DNA of 64,000 bases from an uncultured candidate division WWE3 bacterium (GTDB taxonomy: Bacteria; Patescibacteriota; WWE3; UBA101185; UBA10185), in contig CAIRNR010000004.1 of assembly GCA_903879985.1 (NCBI GenBank), positions 96,762-160,761 on the forward strand, in the 5' to 3' direction. This document shows, in pieces, positions 54,216 to 64,000 of this stretch (position 1 is the first letter of the stretch; every line of letters begins with the position of its first letter). Under the pieces are notes generated by a model that did not search any database, had not been told where the DNA came from, and saw only the letters and a list, made by a program, of their open reading frames with translations. Position numbers and translations under genes: made by a program.

Positions 54216-55316
54216 ATGACATTAAAAGATATCTTAACCGGAAAAGCCACGCAAAACAGCCTTGATCGCAAGGTTTTCTCTTTATTGGCCACATTTTTGG
54301 TCATAATAGCACTGTTTGTTATAGCTGGATTTTTGTTCCCAACGGCCGTTTCCATCATTTTAAACATCTTTTGGATGGTGCTTTTAACCTCGGCAGTGAT
54401 CTTTTTTGGCCTTGGAATCCTCGTTATATTGGGTATGCGTAAGGAAGTTAGCCGAATACTAGATATATTGCTCGAAGGCTCCCTTACTTTTATCGACTTT
54501 TTAGACTTTTTAAGAAGCCTTTGGCACAAGTTTTTACAATTGCTTAGAGAGTTTTTAATCTTTGCCGCTCCAATATTTTCATACATAATTGCAGGTTTAA
54601 TATATGTTCTTTTGCTAATCATTTATAAAACTGTAGGTAAAAGCAATGACGTTACAATTTTAACTATAGTCATAACCGTAGTTGCAATCGCACTTTTTGG
54701 AATAATCAGTAAACCAGAACCAAATGCAGCAGAACCAACAAAGTTTGCTCAAATATTTTTTAAACGTTTTAAAAACGGATTAGTAGACAGTTCGGAAGTA
54801 ATTTTATTCGTATTCTTCTTAACAATGGATAGCACTAACCTATTCTTTTTACCCGCAAACTTAAACGTAGTACTTCATGCAAAAATATATGGCTATGACC
54901 TAATGCAAAGAAGTTTTGTTTACGATCATAATATTTGGACAACTTTAAACTTAATAGTAACAACCGTCACAATAGAAATTTTGAGAAATATCATTAGAAT
55001 ATTTGCTTTGGCCCGCAGATATTACCTAGATCAATCCCGCGAATTTGGTTACGAAGATAAACACGGAACCCTTTACTTAATAAAAGAAGCTATAAGACAA
55101 AGCTTTAACGAGTCAAAAAATGATTTAATAAAATTCGTTACGTTTAACACAGTTTTATTTGCAGTGTTCTTACTTTTCCCAAGACTTAAAATATTAACTT
55201 TAGCTGTAGCAAGTGCTACAAACTTAATACTTGATATTGCAATTATGTCCAGACTTACAGCTAGCAAAGGTCAAGACTTAATATCAAGATCACTAGCAAA
55301 GCTATTTAAACTTTAA
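54216..55316 (+). CDS. hypothetical polytopic membrane protein
   Basis: About 9 hydrophobic helices. No motif recognised. Confidence 0.45.
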   Translation: MTLKDILTGKATQNSLDRKVFSLLATFLVIIALFVIAGFLFPTAVSIILNIFWMVLLTSAVIFFGLGILVILGMRKEVSRILDILLEGSLTFIDFLDFLRSLWHKFLQLLREFLIFAAPIFSYIIAGLIYVLLLIIYKTVGKSNDVTILTIVITVVAIALFGIISKPEPNAAEPTKFAQIFFKRFKNGLVDSSEVILFVFFLTMDSTNLFFLPANLNVVLHAKIYGYDLMQRSFVYDHNIWTTLNLIVTTVTIEILRNIIRIFALARRYYLDQSREFGYEDKHGTLYLIKEAIRQSFNESKNDLIKFVTFNTVLFAVFLLFPRLKILTLAVASATNLILDIAIMSRLTASKGQDLISRSLAKLFKL

Positions 55317-55331
55317 AAAGAAACTGCCCAT

Positions 55332-55814
55332 ATGCGCGACACATTAATCAGAAAAAGCCAAAATAATCATATGACAATCCACGTTTTGCTAGGGATTATC
55401 TGCGGATTACTTGTAGAAAGACTTTACCCAAGCGAAGAAGCCAAAAAATTAGTTTTAATTGGTGTGCTTGGAAACATTTTTCCTGATGGCGATCACTTGT
55501 TATATTGGTTTTACTATGGAAGAAAAACTGAATATTCTAAAATGGTTAAACAGCTTTTGCGAAAATTCAAACTACGTGGCGTTTGGCGTTTTTGCACAAA
55601 TAATCACAAAGAACTAACGTCCTTATATTCACACAATTTAGCAGCACCATTACTTACGTTTGTACCATTTTTGTATTTTCAAAATAACGACACACACATT
55701 TACTTACAAATATTCTTACTTTCTTGGACTGTTCATTACATATACGACATCCTAGAAGACTTGCTTATGCTTGGTCACTTAAACCCTAACTGGTACTTTC
55801 ATTTTAAAAAATAA
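55332..55814 (+). CDS. hypothetical membrane protein with DxDHxLY motif (paralogous family to 17891..18328)
   Basis: FPDGDHLLYWF motif. Polytopic. Confidence 0.35.
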   Translation: MRDTLIRKSQNNHMTIHVLLGIICGLLVERLYPSEEAKKLVLIGVLGNIFPDGDHLLYWFYYGRKTEYSKMVKQLLRKFKLRGVWRFCTNNHKELTSLYSHNLAAPLLTFVPFLYFQNNDTHIYLQIFLLSWTVHYIYDILEDLLMLGHLNPNWYFHFKK

Positions 55815-55872
55815 TCCCTCTAGTATCTTCGGTATTCTTTCGTGTTTTAATAAATTAGCGTAAAATATTTTA

Positions 55873-57123
55873 ATGGATACAAACAAACCTTTAGCGGAAA
55901 TTTTGCGCCCGCAAAACTTAGCCGATTTTATTGGCCAAGATAAAATAGTTGGTAAAGAAGGAATTATTTCTAAACTACTTGAAGGTGTTGGTGATACAGG
56001 ATTTTTCCCTTCACTCGTTTTTTGGGGACCACCAGGCACCGGTAAAACTACACTGGCAAGAATAATTGCCTACACGCTTAACCGACCATTCTTTGAATTT
56101 TCGGCGGTAAATGCATCGGTAAAGGAAATAGAAAAAGCGATTAATGAAAGTACAGCACACAGCGCATCAAAAAAAACATTAACTCTATTAGAAGATCCAA
56201 ATATTTCAAAATCAACAAAAATTGGAAAACCAGTTGTATTTATAGACGAAATTCATAGGTTTAATAAAGCTCAACAAGATGCGTTATTGCCACAAGTTGA
56301 AAGTGGCCGAATTACACTGATTGGTGCTACAACGGAAAATCCTTCGTTTGAAGTTATTTCGCCACTTTTATCCCGTTGCAGAGTGGTTGTGTTAGCACAA
56401 CATACAGAAGAGGATTTAGATAAAATTATTGAACGCGGGGCCAAGCATTTAAATGTAGAGCTCGGAAAAGAAGGACGTAGGTTTTTAGCGACAGCATCAA
56501 ACGGTGACGCACGCGTAGCACTAAATGTATTGGAAATTGCATCAAATTTAAATAAAAGCGGAAAACTTGAAGTTAAAGACCTAGAAACTGCGTTGCAAAA
56601 AGAACAGCTGGCATTTGATTTAAAAGGTGAAGAATTTTACAACACAATTTCGGCACTTCATAAATCAATGAGAGGCTCAGATCCAGATGCGGCACTTTAT
56701 TGGCTGGCACGTATGTTAGAAGCCGGACAAGACCCGTTATACATAGCCAGACGCGTTATTAGGTTTGCATCCGAGGATATTGGCCTTCGCGATCCACAAG
56801 CGCTGATTTTGGCCGTAGCGGCTTTTAACGCATGTGAAAAACTTGGAATGCCTGAATGTAATTTAGCTTTGGCTGAAGCTGTTGCTTACTTGGCTAAATC
56901 TCCAAAAGATAATCGACTCTATATTGCATATGGAAAAATTGCTGAGGATGTTAAAACGTTTGGAAACTTGCCTGTACCTCTTCATATTAGAAACGCGCCA
57001 ACAAAGTTAATGAAAAACTTGGGATATGGTAAGGATTATAACTATTATCACAGTCCAAAAGGTGAGAAGTTGCCTGATATTGAGTATTTGCCGGATAAGT
57101 TAAAGGGTAAGAAGTATTTATAA
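55873..57123 (+). CDS. rarA: replication-associated recombination protein A (MgsA/RarA AAA+ ATPase)
   Basis: Walker A GPPGTGKTT, Walker B plus sensor VFIDEIHRFNKAQQDALLPQVE, C-terminal MgsA helical domain. Confidence 0.85.
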   Translation: MDTNKPLAEILRPQNLADFIGQDKIVGKEGIISKLLEGVGDTGFFPSLVFWGPPGTGKTTLARIIAYTLNRPFFEFSAVNASVKEIEKAINESTAHSASKKTLTLLEDPNISKSTKIGKPVVFIDEIHRFNKAQQDALLPQVESGRITLIGATTENPSFEVISPLLSRCRVVVLAQHTEEDLDKIIERGAKHLNVELGKEGRRFLATASNGDARVALNVLEIASNLNKSGKLEVKDLETALQKEQLAFDLKGEEFYNTISALHKSMRGSDPDAALYWLARMLEAGQDPLYIARRVIRFASEDIGLRDPQALILAVAAFNACEKLGMPECNLALAEAVAYLAKSPKDNRLYIAYGKIAEDVKTFGNLPVPLHIRNAPTKLMKNLGYGKDYNYYHSPKGEKLPDIEYLPDKLKGKKYL

Positions 57124-57219
57124 AGCACATTAGAAATTGCGCCGCGATCATCTACGAAAAAAGAAAACCCGCAGAGTGTATAAATACAAACTACGGGTTT
57201 CAATGATGAAAAATCCTGG

Positions 57220-57666
57220 TTATGGGCAATACACAGGGTCTCCCGGTTTCGAAATCTTGTCCAAATAGGCGGCAACCTCCTCAGGACTTAAAATCGAGAT
57301 TATATAGATGACCGATTTACCTTGAGTTAACGAGCGCGTAACCCTTGCTTTTACATAGATTTTTTCCGCGTTCTTCATAGCACCTGACCAAACACCCAGG
57401 AACATTCTCGGATAAGTTATATCGGCATTGCCATGAACAAAGTCTGTGTATTCCACAGGTGTCGCACTGGCAAAACCAAAAGCGTCAAACTGTACGTCCG
57501 TGAGGTGCAATACAACAAAAGCTGGTTGCACATAACATTTGGGTAAATTGCTGGATGCAAATACGTCGTCCCATAAACCGTAAATACCCCCACCGACAAA
57601 AACTAAGACACCAATAAGTATCAAAACCAACGCGCCCATTACGAGTTTTTCCGAAAACCGTGCCAT
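57220..57666 (-). CDS. hypothetical membrane-anchored protein
   Basis: N-terminal TM helix. Confidence 0.4.
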   Translation of the reverse strand: MARFSEKLVMGALVLILIGVLVFVGGGIYGLWDDVFASSNLPKCYVQPAFVVLHLTDVQFDAFGFASATPVEYTDFVHGNADITYPRMFLGVWSGAMKNAEKIYVKARVTRSLTQGKSVIYIISILSPEEVAAYLDKISKPGDPVYCP

Positions 57667-57747
57667 TTTTCCTCTCCTCCTTTAGTTTATTTTACTAAGC
57701 TGCGAACATTGTACCCGTCACTATAGGGCAAGTCAAAAACGTATAAC

Positions 57748-59004
57748 TTACTCAAGATCCTTAACGCCACCAAACGAAATCCTATCCTGGACATACTTAA
57801 CCGCATCAATCAATCGCCCGGGCGTTATAACAAACTCACCAAACTTATCATTAATATTATCCAAAGCATCATTTAAACGTTCTTTCTTTTCAACGTCCTC
57901 AAACATATCCATTTGAGCACAATCACTTTTAACCAAATCAAAACAAGACTCGGCTAACAAAGCCACGGGTTTTCCTTTATACGGAGACTTACACAAAATC
58001 CTAAAAACTTCTTTGTAAATATCGCGAGAATCAAACAACGCTTTGCCAACAACATGTCCATGATGCCAAAAACTTCCGTCACGATAAGTTACAGATACAT
58101 GAATTCCTTTTGTTTTATACGAAGCTTTTCGCAAACGCCGCGCAGTTTTATCTACCAACTTATACATAATAGGAGCCAAGTCTTCCATTTTAGAAAAAGG
58201 TTTTGGTAGTGCGTAAGAATTACCATAACTATGGCGACCAAACTCAACGTCATCAATTTCCCAGCCGTGCAAACGCAAATACCAATGATAGCCAACAATA
58301 GAATGGAAGGCCTGTTGCAACGCCACCGCGTCGGCGTTATAAAAATCCATAACAGAGTAAATATTATATGCACCAAGCCGGGCAGCATTGTGACGTTTAA
58401 TCCCGCATAAATCCATCAATTCCATACCAGAAAAAATCTGCAAATAATTATCCTTGTGTATTTCCACTAAACCATCTGGCTTTTGCAAACCTGATGCAAC
58501 CTTGGCCAAATATCTATTAGGACCAATCCCAATTGAAACGGTAATGTAATCCCCTACTTCCTTTTTTATTCTCTGTTTAATTTCTAAAGCGACATTTGTA
58601 ATACCGCGGGAAAGTGACGGGAAACCTTCGAGATCAATAATAAATTCATCGATTGATTTTGGAATAACTACACTGCTGTAAGTTTGTAACAATGCTTTTA
58701 ATTTTAAATGAACGTCTCGATATTTTTGGGGATCAGGTGTGAGAACAGTTAAGTTGGGGCATAATAGTTTTCCTTCCTTAACATGCATGCCAGTTTTAAC
58801 ACCCAAACGTTTAGCGTCATAAGATGCGGCCAATATACAACCGTTTGGCGTGTTGTAGGCAGCAACGGCAACTGGTTTACCACGCAAAAGCGGATTCGCT
58901 TGCTGTTCAATAGTGGCAAAGCACGAGTTTATATCCATAAGCATTATGGTCGCGGGCTTTGGGTTAAAAGGTAAGTTGTTTGGGTGGTTTTGAGGTGTCC
59001 ACAT
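57748..59004 (-). CDS. dinB: Y-family DNA polymerase IV
   Basis: Y-family palm motifs (LMDINSCFATIEQQANPLLRGKPVAVA and SIDEFIIDL). Confidence 0.8.
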   Translation of the reverse strand: MWTPQNHPNNLPFNPKPATIMLMDINSCFATIEQQANPLLRGKPVAVAAYNTPNGCILAASYDAKRLGVKTGMHVKEGKLLCPNLTVLTPDPQKYRDVHLKLKALLQTYSSVVIPKSIDEFIIDLEGFPSLSRGITNVALEIKQRIKKEVGDYITVSIGIGPNRYLAKVASGLQKPDGLVEIHKDNYLQIFSGMELMDLCGIKRHNAARLGAYNIYSVMDFYNADAVALQQAFHSIVGYHWYLRLHGWEIDDVEFGRHSYGNSYALPKPFSKMEDLAPIMYKLVDKTARRLRKASYKTKGIHVSVTYRDGSFWHHGHVVGKALFDSRDIYKEVFRILCKSPYKGKPVALLAESCFDLVKSDCAQMDMFEDVEKKERLNDALDNINDKFGEFVITPGRLIDAVKYVQDRISFGGVKDLE

Positions 59005-59039
59005 AAATTTTTAGCGCCAAGCCGCACTACAGGGGCGAC

Positions 59040-59300
59040 TTAGTCGGCCTCCCCATCAGAAATCTCCTCAACAATCCAAGATAAAGAATCGGTATTAAAT
59101 AAAATCTTAAAATATAACGTGGGGCTTGCTACCGAAAACACATGCATCATCGTTTTTCCTTGTCGATACGAATGATGATAACCAAAAATAGTAACTTTGT
59201 GCTGGCGACCTTCCCACAACAGCGAGTGTGGCGCAAATATGCGTGTTTTATGGTTATAAATACATTGGACTGTTGTGGGAGTTTGGAGTTTTTGTAGCAT
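59040..59300 (-). CDS. hypothetical small protein upstream of dinB
   Basis: 86-aa ORF on the same strand, 35 nt upstream of dinB. Confidence 0.3.
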   Translation of the reverse strand: MLQKLQTPTTVQCIYNHKTRIFAPHSLLWEGRQHKVTIFGYHHSYRQGKTMMHVFSVASPTLYFKILFNTDSLSWIVEEISDGEAD

Positions 59301-59373
59301 GTACTAATAATACCCGAATAAGACACGAAGGTGAAGAGGTGTTTGTGTTATCGAGTATAATAAAAAAAGTAAT

Positions 59374-60330
59374 ATGCAAGACGAATCAAAAAAGTTAAAG
59401 AAAACAATATCCATCGTATCACCAGCGTACAACGAAGCCGAAAATGTTTCATTAATGGCCAAAGAAATTCTTGAAGTTATTAAAAAGCTTGAAGATAAAT
59501 ATGATTTTGAAATAATTTTTGTCGACGACGGCAGCGATGATGAAACATGGAACAATATTATGGAATTAAATAAAAACGATCCTCGCGTGAAAGGCCTAAG
59601 CTTTGCCAGAAACTTTGGACATCAAATAGCACTTACGGCAGGTTTAGACGCAACAACAGGTGATGCCGTAATATATTGCGACTCCGACCTACAACACCCA
59701 CCAGAATTATTTAAAGAAATGATTAAAAAATGGGAAGAAGGCTTTAAAGTTGTACATACAGTAAGAACATCAACAGATAGTGAACCACTCAGCAAAAAAG
59801 TAATGTCAAAAGCTTTTTATAGATTTATTAACATGCTGTCTGATGTACGAATCGAGCAAGACATGGCCGACTTTAAACTTTTGGATCGCACAGCACTAGA
59901 TAAATTAAACTCTATGCGAGAACACAACAGATTTTTACGAGGAATGGTGCCTTGGATTGGTTATAAACCGGCATATGTAAAATTTATAGCACGCAAAAGA
60001 ATTCACGGTAAACCTTGGTACTCCTTTAGGAAAAACTTAACTTTTGCAAAAACAGGCATACTATCTTTTTCTGTAAAACCACTGAAGTACATTGGATATT
60101 TAGGATTGTTCTTAATGTCTACATCTGTTTTGGCGATTTGTGTCGGGTTGGCAATGTCAGTTATTACAAAAGGATGGTACTTTTCTCCAAACGTCACACT
60201 AACTTTGTTTAATACTTTTTTGATTGGCGTTGTTTTAACCAGCTTAGGAATTATGTCTTTATACTTAAGCTATGTTTATTACGAAGTTATTGGAAGACCT
60301 TTGTATATTATTTCAGATAAAACTCCATGA
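59374..60330 (+). CDS. GT2 polyprenyl-phosphate glycosyltransferase (DPM1/GtrB/ArnC-like) with C-terminal TM helices
   Basis: VSPAYNEAENV, FVDDGSDDET and CDSDLQHPPE (DxD) motifs. Two C-terminal TM helices. Confidence 0.75.
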   Translation: MQDESKKLKKTISIVSPAYNEAENVSLMAKEILEVIKKLEDKYDFEIIFVDDGSDDETWNNIMELNKNDPRVKGLSFARNFGHQIALTAGLDATTGDAVIYCDSDLQHPPELFKEMIKKWEEGFKVVHTVRTSTDSEPLSKKVMSKAFYRFINMLSDVRIEQDMADFKLLDRTALDKLNSMREHNRFLRGMVPWIGYKPAYVKFIARKRIHGKPWYSFRKNLTFAKTGILSFSVKPLKYIGYLGLFLMSTSVLAICVGLAMSVITKGWYFSPNVTLTLFNTFLIGVVLTSLGIMSLYLSYVYYEVIGRPLYIISDKTP

Positions 60331-61151
60331 ATAATGAACCATTAGTTAGTGTTGTAATGCCAGCATATAACGCCGAAGAATATATTGGTGAAGCTATTGA
60401 AAGTATTTTGGCACAAACATATAAAGACTTTGAATTTATTATTGTCGACGACGGAAGCAAAGACAGAACCAAAGAGATAATTAATGAATACACAAAAAAA
60501 GATAATCGCATAAAAGTGTTTGTACAGGAAAAGAATTTGGGGATTAGTGCTGCGTTAAATAGAGGTATTAGTGAGGCTAAGGGAAAATATATTGTACGGA
60601 TGGATACGGACGACTACAGCTACCCTACGCGTATTGAAACTCAAGTTAATTTTATGGAAACACATCCTAAAGTTGTGGTATCCGGAGCAGCGATACAAAT
60701 CTGCGATGAAAAATTGAATTTATTACATGTGCGAACATATAATCCGACCGATAAAGCTATAAGAAAAAATATTTTCAAATATAATCCATTCGCCCACCCA
60801 GCTACTATTTGGCGCAAAGAAGAATTGATAACCGCCGGTGTATATAACAAAGATTTATGCGACGTTGAAGACTATGATTTATATTTTCGAGTCGGTAAAT
60901 TAGGTGAATTTTACAACTTGAACGATATATTATTAAAGTATAGACAGTCTTCCAAGGGTATTTCGCAGACTAAGGCCAAGAGGCAACAAAAACTGACACT
61001 TTATATCAGAATAAAAGCAATATTTGAGTATGGTTACAAAATGTCGTTAAGTGATAAAGTTTACTTCGCTATGCAACTGATAGCTACAGTATTCTTACCT
61101 GCAAAATTAATCTACAAATTATTTTTCCTATTTAGAAAATTCTTTAGATAA
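60327..61151 (+). CDS. GT2 family glycosyltransferase
   Basis: VVMPAYNAEEYI and IVDDGSKDRT motifs. Its start overlaps the upstream stop by 4 nt. Confidence 0.75.
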   Translation: MNNEPLVSVVMPAYNAEEYIGEAIESILAQTYKDFEFIIVDDGSKDRTKEIINEYTKKDNRIKVFVQEKNLGISAALNRGISEAKGKYIVRMDTDDYSYPTRIETQVNFMETHPKVVVSGAAIQICDEKLNLLHVRTYNPTDKAIRKNIFKYNPFAHPATIWRKEELITAGVYNKDLCDVEDYDLYFRVGKLGEFYNLNDILLKYRQSSKGISQTKAKRQQKLTLYIRIKAIFEYGYKMSLSDKVYFAMQLIATVFLPAKLIYKLFFLFRKFFR

Positions 61152-61153
61152 TA

Positions 61154-63310
61154 TTATTGTTGCAGTTGCTTAATATTTATATGTTCACTATCAGACCATA
61201 AATCAAAAGAGGTTGAAAGTGCACCAATATTAATTAAGTTATTAATACTTTTAGATATATCAAAAGTATTTTCCACGGGTTTTATATCATAAGTTGCATT
61301 CTTATTTGTTGATGCCGAAATACAATAAATATCGTTAGCTTTCTTGTTAACAACGTGATCAACCAGAATAGTCCGCGAAGAAATATCCGGTAAATATTGG
61401 AAACTATACGTCCCTAAAATATTCTTATCTGCCACAAGATACGAACCCTTTACACCAGTAAGCTCATAAATAGAATCAAAATTTCTAAAAAATTTAGAGG
61501 ATATAGGTAAATTAAATGTCTGAACAAAACCTTTAAGCACCTGCTCAGCAGTACATCCCGGATAATTTATCAGAAGCTTTTTATCCGTTAATATCTTCCC
61601 ATCTACACTAGAAAAGTTTTTGACTAGAGATACGTCTTGATTGTTAGGATTTTCTTTACAATCAACAAATAATTTAAAGTTTACGGATTCGGCACTAAAT
61701 TGATTAATATCTTGCACAAAAAAGACAGAGGTCGGTACCGAACTTTTTAAGACATCTCTAAGTTTAGAAGAGTTTATCAACGAAAGCAGTGTTAATTTCT
61801 TGTCGGTATTAACAACATAATAATTGGCCGTTGAAAGATCAAAATTAATATTGTCCGGATTGATATTATGAATGCGGCTAAAATATGGGTTAAATATCAT
61901 GTAAGAATCCGCAAACAAAGAATCATTTTTTGGTGATTGAATTATGTAATCGGCCGAGAATACATTTTTAGGTAAATCTACATGCGTTGGTAAATAAAAA
62001 CTATCACGCATAAGTGTCACTTTTTTATAAACTGTTATATTAGGCTTATTAGCTAGCGTCCACCCAAACAAAGCTAACGGGATCAATACAAGTCCGACGT
62101 ACAATCGGTAACGTGCTGCGCGTGTTATTAAAAAAGAATTTTTTGGTATAAGTTCTAATATTGCGGCTAGAGCAAAGAAAATACTTCCTGTACTAATATC
62201 AGTAAAGATAATGGCAATAATGCTAGTAAGTATAAGGATACATTGAATTGTAAGGACCAATGCAGCATTTACCCGAATTTTTGTAGTTTTTCCTATTGCT
62301 ACATCTACTACTTTTACAAAGTCTACCAAGTACAGTGCTATAAAGAAAAACACCGCTATCAGAATATATAAATAAAATAGCAAATACTTTATGTCTATAT
62401 TTGTAAATGCAGTTGTAATGCTCTGCATACTAAGCTTTGATCCCAAATCAATATGATGTACCGTAGCGATAATAAGCAAAAGCATAAGTACAATGGCACA
62501 AAGTAATGAACAATACACATTTATCCAACGATATGTCGTTAAAAACGAAGAAACTTTTAACCAAATACTGTGATAATAACTACGTCTAAATAGAAACTTT
62601 TTATCATTTTTAAAATCTCTGAAAATTCCATTGAATACAGTTAATATTAATATAATTACTGCCATATATATAAGAATATGAGAAAAATAGTTAGAAAAAT
62701 TCATAAGTAAGTTATAGTGCGTAGCAGACTTGTCTACATAATTCTTTTTTATATTAGAAACATTATTTATGATTGAGGAATTACTATTATCAAAAGAGGA
62801 TAAATATTTAATTAGCAATTCTCGATACTGTGGTACAAATAATAGGCTCTCTGGCAAATATATAGTGTTAACCCCTAGAAAAGTTGTTCTATAGATATTA
62901 AGCTTAGTAGCAGTCAAATCGGCAGTTCCTATATCAACTAATTTTGTAGGCAAAGAAATAGCATTTCTTTCTATTACAGCATCGGGTGTACATAAAAATT
63001 TGGCGTCTACGTATGAATTATCACAAATTACAAACATAGTATTGTACCTGGGGATAGCTGATAACAGATACGTATCCTTTGGATTAAGTTGTGTAGTGAA
63101 AACCAAAAGGTTATCCACTGTGACATCTAGCGTACCAGCTTTAACTGAATCATACGTGTTAACACGAATACCTAAATCTTCAAAGACATTTTGATAATAT
63201 ATATTCCTAGTTTGCGCATAATTTTTAGTAATTACACACTGCATAAGAATAAAGAAAATTATTAGTTTAATTTTTAGTGGCACGTTGTTTTGCATAAAAT
63301 ATTTCACCAA
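61154..63310 (-). CDS. large polytopic membrane protein, unknown function
   Basis: 718 aa. An N-terminal secreted region, a central block of about 6 TM helices, and a large C-terminal soluble domain. Confidence 0.4.
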   Translation of the reverse strand: MVKYFMQNNVPLKIKLIIFFILMQCVITKNYAQTRNIYYQNVFEDLGIRVNTYDSVKAGTLDVTVDNLLVFTTQLNPKDTYLLSAIPRYNTMFVICDNSYVDAKFLCTPDAVIERNAISLPTKLVDIGTADLTATKLNIYRTTFLGVNTIYLPESLLFVPQYRELLIKYLSSFDNSNSSIINNVSNIKKNYVDKSATHYNLLMNFSNYFSHILIYMAVIILILTVFNGIFRDFKNDKKFLFRRSYYHSIWLKVSSFLTTYRWINVYCSLLCAIVLMLLLIIATVHHIDLGSKLSMQSITTAFTNIDIKYLLFYLYILIAVFFFIALYLVDFVKVVDVAIGKTTKIRVNAALVLTIQCILILTSIIAIIFTDISTGSIFFALAAILELIPKNSFLITRAARYRLYVGLVLIPLALFGWTLANKPNITVYKKVTLMRDSFYLPTHVDLPKNVFSADYIIQSPKNDSLFADSYMIFNPYFSRIHNINPDNINFDLSTANYYVVNTDKKLTLLSLINSSKLRDVLKSSVPTSVFFVQDINQFSAESVNFKLFVDCKENPNNQDVSLVKNFSSVDGKILTDKKLLINYPGCTAEQVLKGFVQTFNLPISSKFFRNFDSIYELTGVKGSYLVADKNILGTYSFQYLPDISSRTILVDHVVNKKANDIYCISASTNKNATYDIKPVENTFDISKSINNLINIGALSTSFDLWSDSEHINIKQLQQ

Positions 63311-63668
63311 GCACAGCTAACACAAGTGTTATATACATTAGTTTGGCAGGAAATTGAGTAAATTCTCTATAACCTAAAAACATTGCAATAGCGGAAATAC
63401 TTAAAAGTATTATTGAAATAAAATATAAATACTGTTTAAACAAAATTATGAGTAAGAAAATAATACCAACACAAAGTGAAATAATTGCCGTCGCATATAT
63501 CACCGATATCCCAGAATACCAGACAATTATAAAAATGTTCAGCAACGCCAATAATCTCGTAAGGTAAACAGTATTAAAATTTCTAAAGATAGCTTTACCG
63601 GACCTTAATACCAAAAGTATATATATTGCGACTTCGATAAATATAATAATAAATTTAGTTATTTCCAT
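63267..63668 (-). CDS. hypothetical small membrane protein
   Basis: Four TM helices. Confidence 0.4.
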   Translation of the reverse strand: MEITKFIIIFIEVAIYILLVLRSGKAIFRNFNTVYLTRLLALLNIFIIVWYSGISVIYATAIISLCVGIIFLLIILFKQYLYFISIILLSISAIAMFLGYREFTQFPAKLMYITLVLAVLGEIFYAKQRATKN

Positions 63669-63670
63669 AA

Positions 63671-63910
63671 TTATTTTATTAAATAAATTAATGCACCATT
63701 CTTACTTACAGGAATACCGTAATGTAAATTCAAATACATTGTTAAATCTTGTACTCGATTAATTGCAGCATTTTCAGCATGTACTTTACTCAATAGATCC
63801 GCTGAAATATTTCTCGGATAGTATACTAAAAGATTTATATTATGTTCCTTCAGAAACAGAGAATTGACATCGGCGTGGAATAACGAAGGAATTAATTGGT
63901 CCGGCTGCAA
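63671..63910 (-). CDS. hypothetical protein (possibly 5'-partial at window end)
   Basis: ORF near the window edge. The frame may continue upstream beyond position 64000. Confidence 0.3.
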   Translation of the reverse strand: MQPDQLIPSLFHADVNSLFLKEHNINLLVYYPRNISADLLSKVHAENAAINRVQDLTMYLNLHYGIPVSKNGALIYLIK

Positions 63911-64000
63911 TGCTAAATCTTTATTATAGTTGTCTACAGGATTATTAAGATTAACGTGAGAAACCCACCCCCAAAATATGGAATAATAGTCACCTTTTGG

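Overview
AT-rich, gene-dense bacterial chromosomal segment, roughly mid-30s %GC by eye, with short intergenic regions and many overlapping start/stop codons. Many ORFs are signal-peptide or membrane proteins with no recognisable function. This looks like a small-genome lineage, possibly CPR/Patescibacteria-like, but that is inference. Recognisable housekeeping genes are leuS, murA, rpmG, map, tgt, rsmI, rlmN, rarA, dinB, a short Rel/SpoT homologue, cyclophilin, peroxiredoxin, an ABC-F ATPase, an RRM RNA-binding protein, two GT2 glycosyltransferases, a GT-C mannosyltransferase, DgkA and a PAP2 phosphatase. A copper-homeostasis operon is present: a CsoR-like repressor, an HMA/DsbD_2/cupredoxin fusion protein and a CopA P1B-ATPase, next to an FNR-like reductase. 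A MacA/MacB-like tripartite efflux module is also present. I read nine tRNA genes directly from the sequence, all on the minus strand: Gln-UUG, Val-UAC, Phe-GAA, Gly-GCC, Leu-GAG, Leu-CAG, Lys-CUU and Arg-UCG, plus tRNA half-fragments flanking tRNA-Val. No rRNA genes or CRISPR arrays were seen. Points for follow-up are: (1) three signal-peptide proteins that share a novel cysteine-containing C-terminal domain of about 105 aa, attached to Kelch-like or GloVer-like beta-propeller ectodomains; (2) a conserved hairpin motif upstream of two separate tRNA operons, whose outer stem co-varies and copies each tRNA's own 5' end; (3) a 23-bp direct repeat of the tRNA-Arg 3' end 119 bp downstream of that tRNA, next to a GC-elevated islet of decayed small ORFs; (4) a second GC-elevated islet encoding tandem paralogous Cys4 proteins; (5) a Dph2-like [4Fe-4S] enzyme candidate in an operon with a class I aminotransferase, next to a free-standing HNH nuclease; (6) a GNAT-like gene interrupted by one in-frame TAG. 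All protein calls rest on motifs read by eye. No database searches were run.
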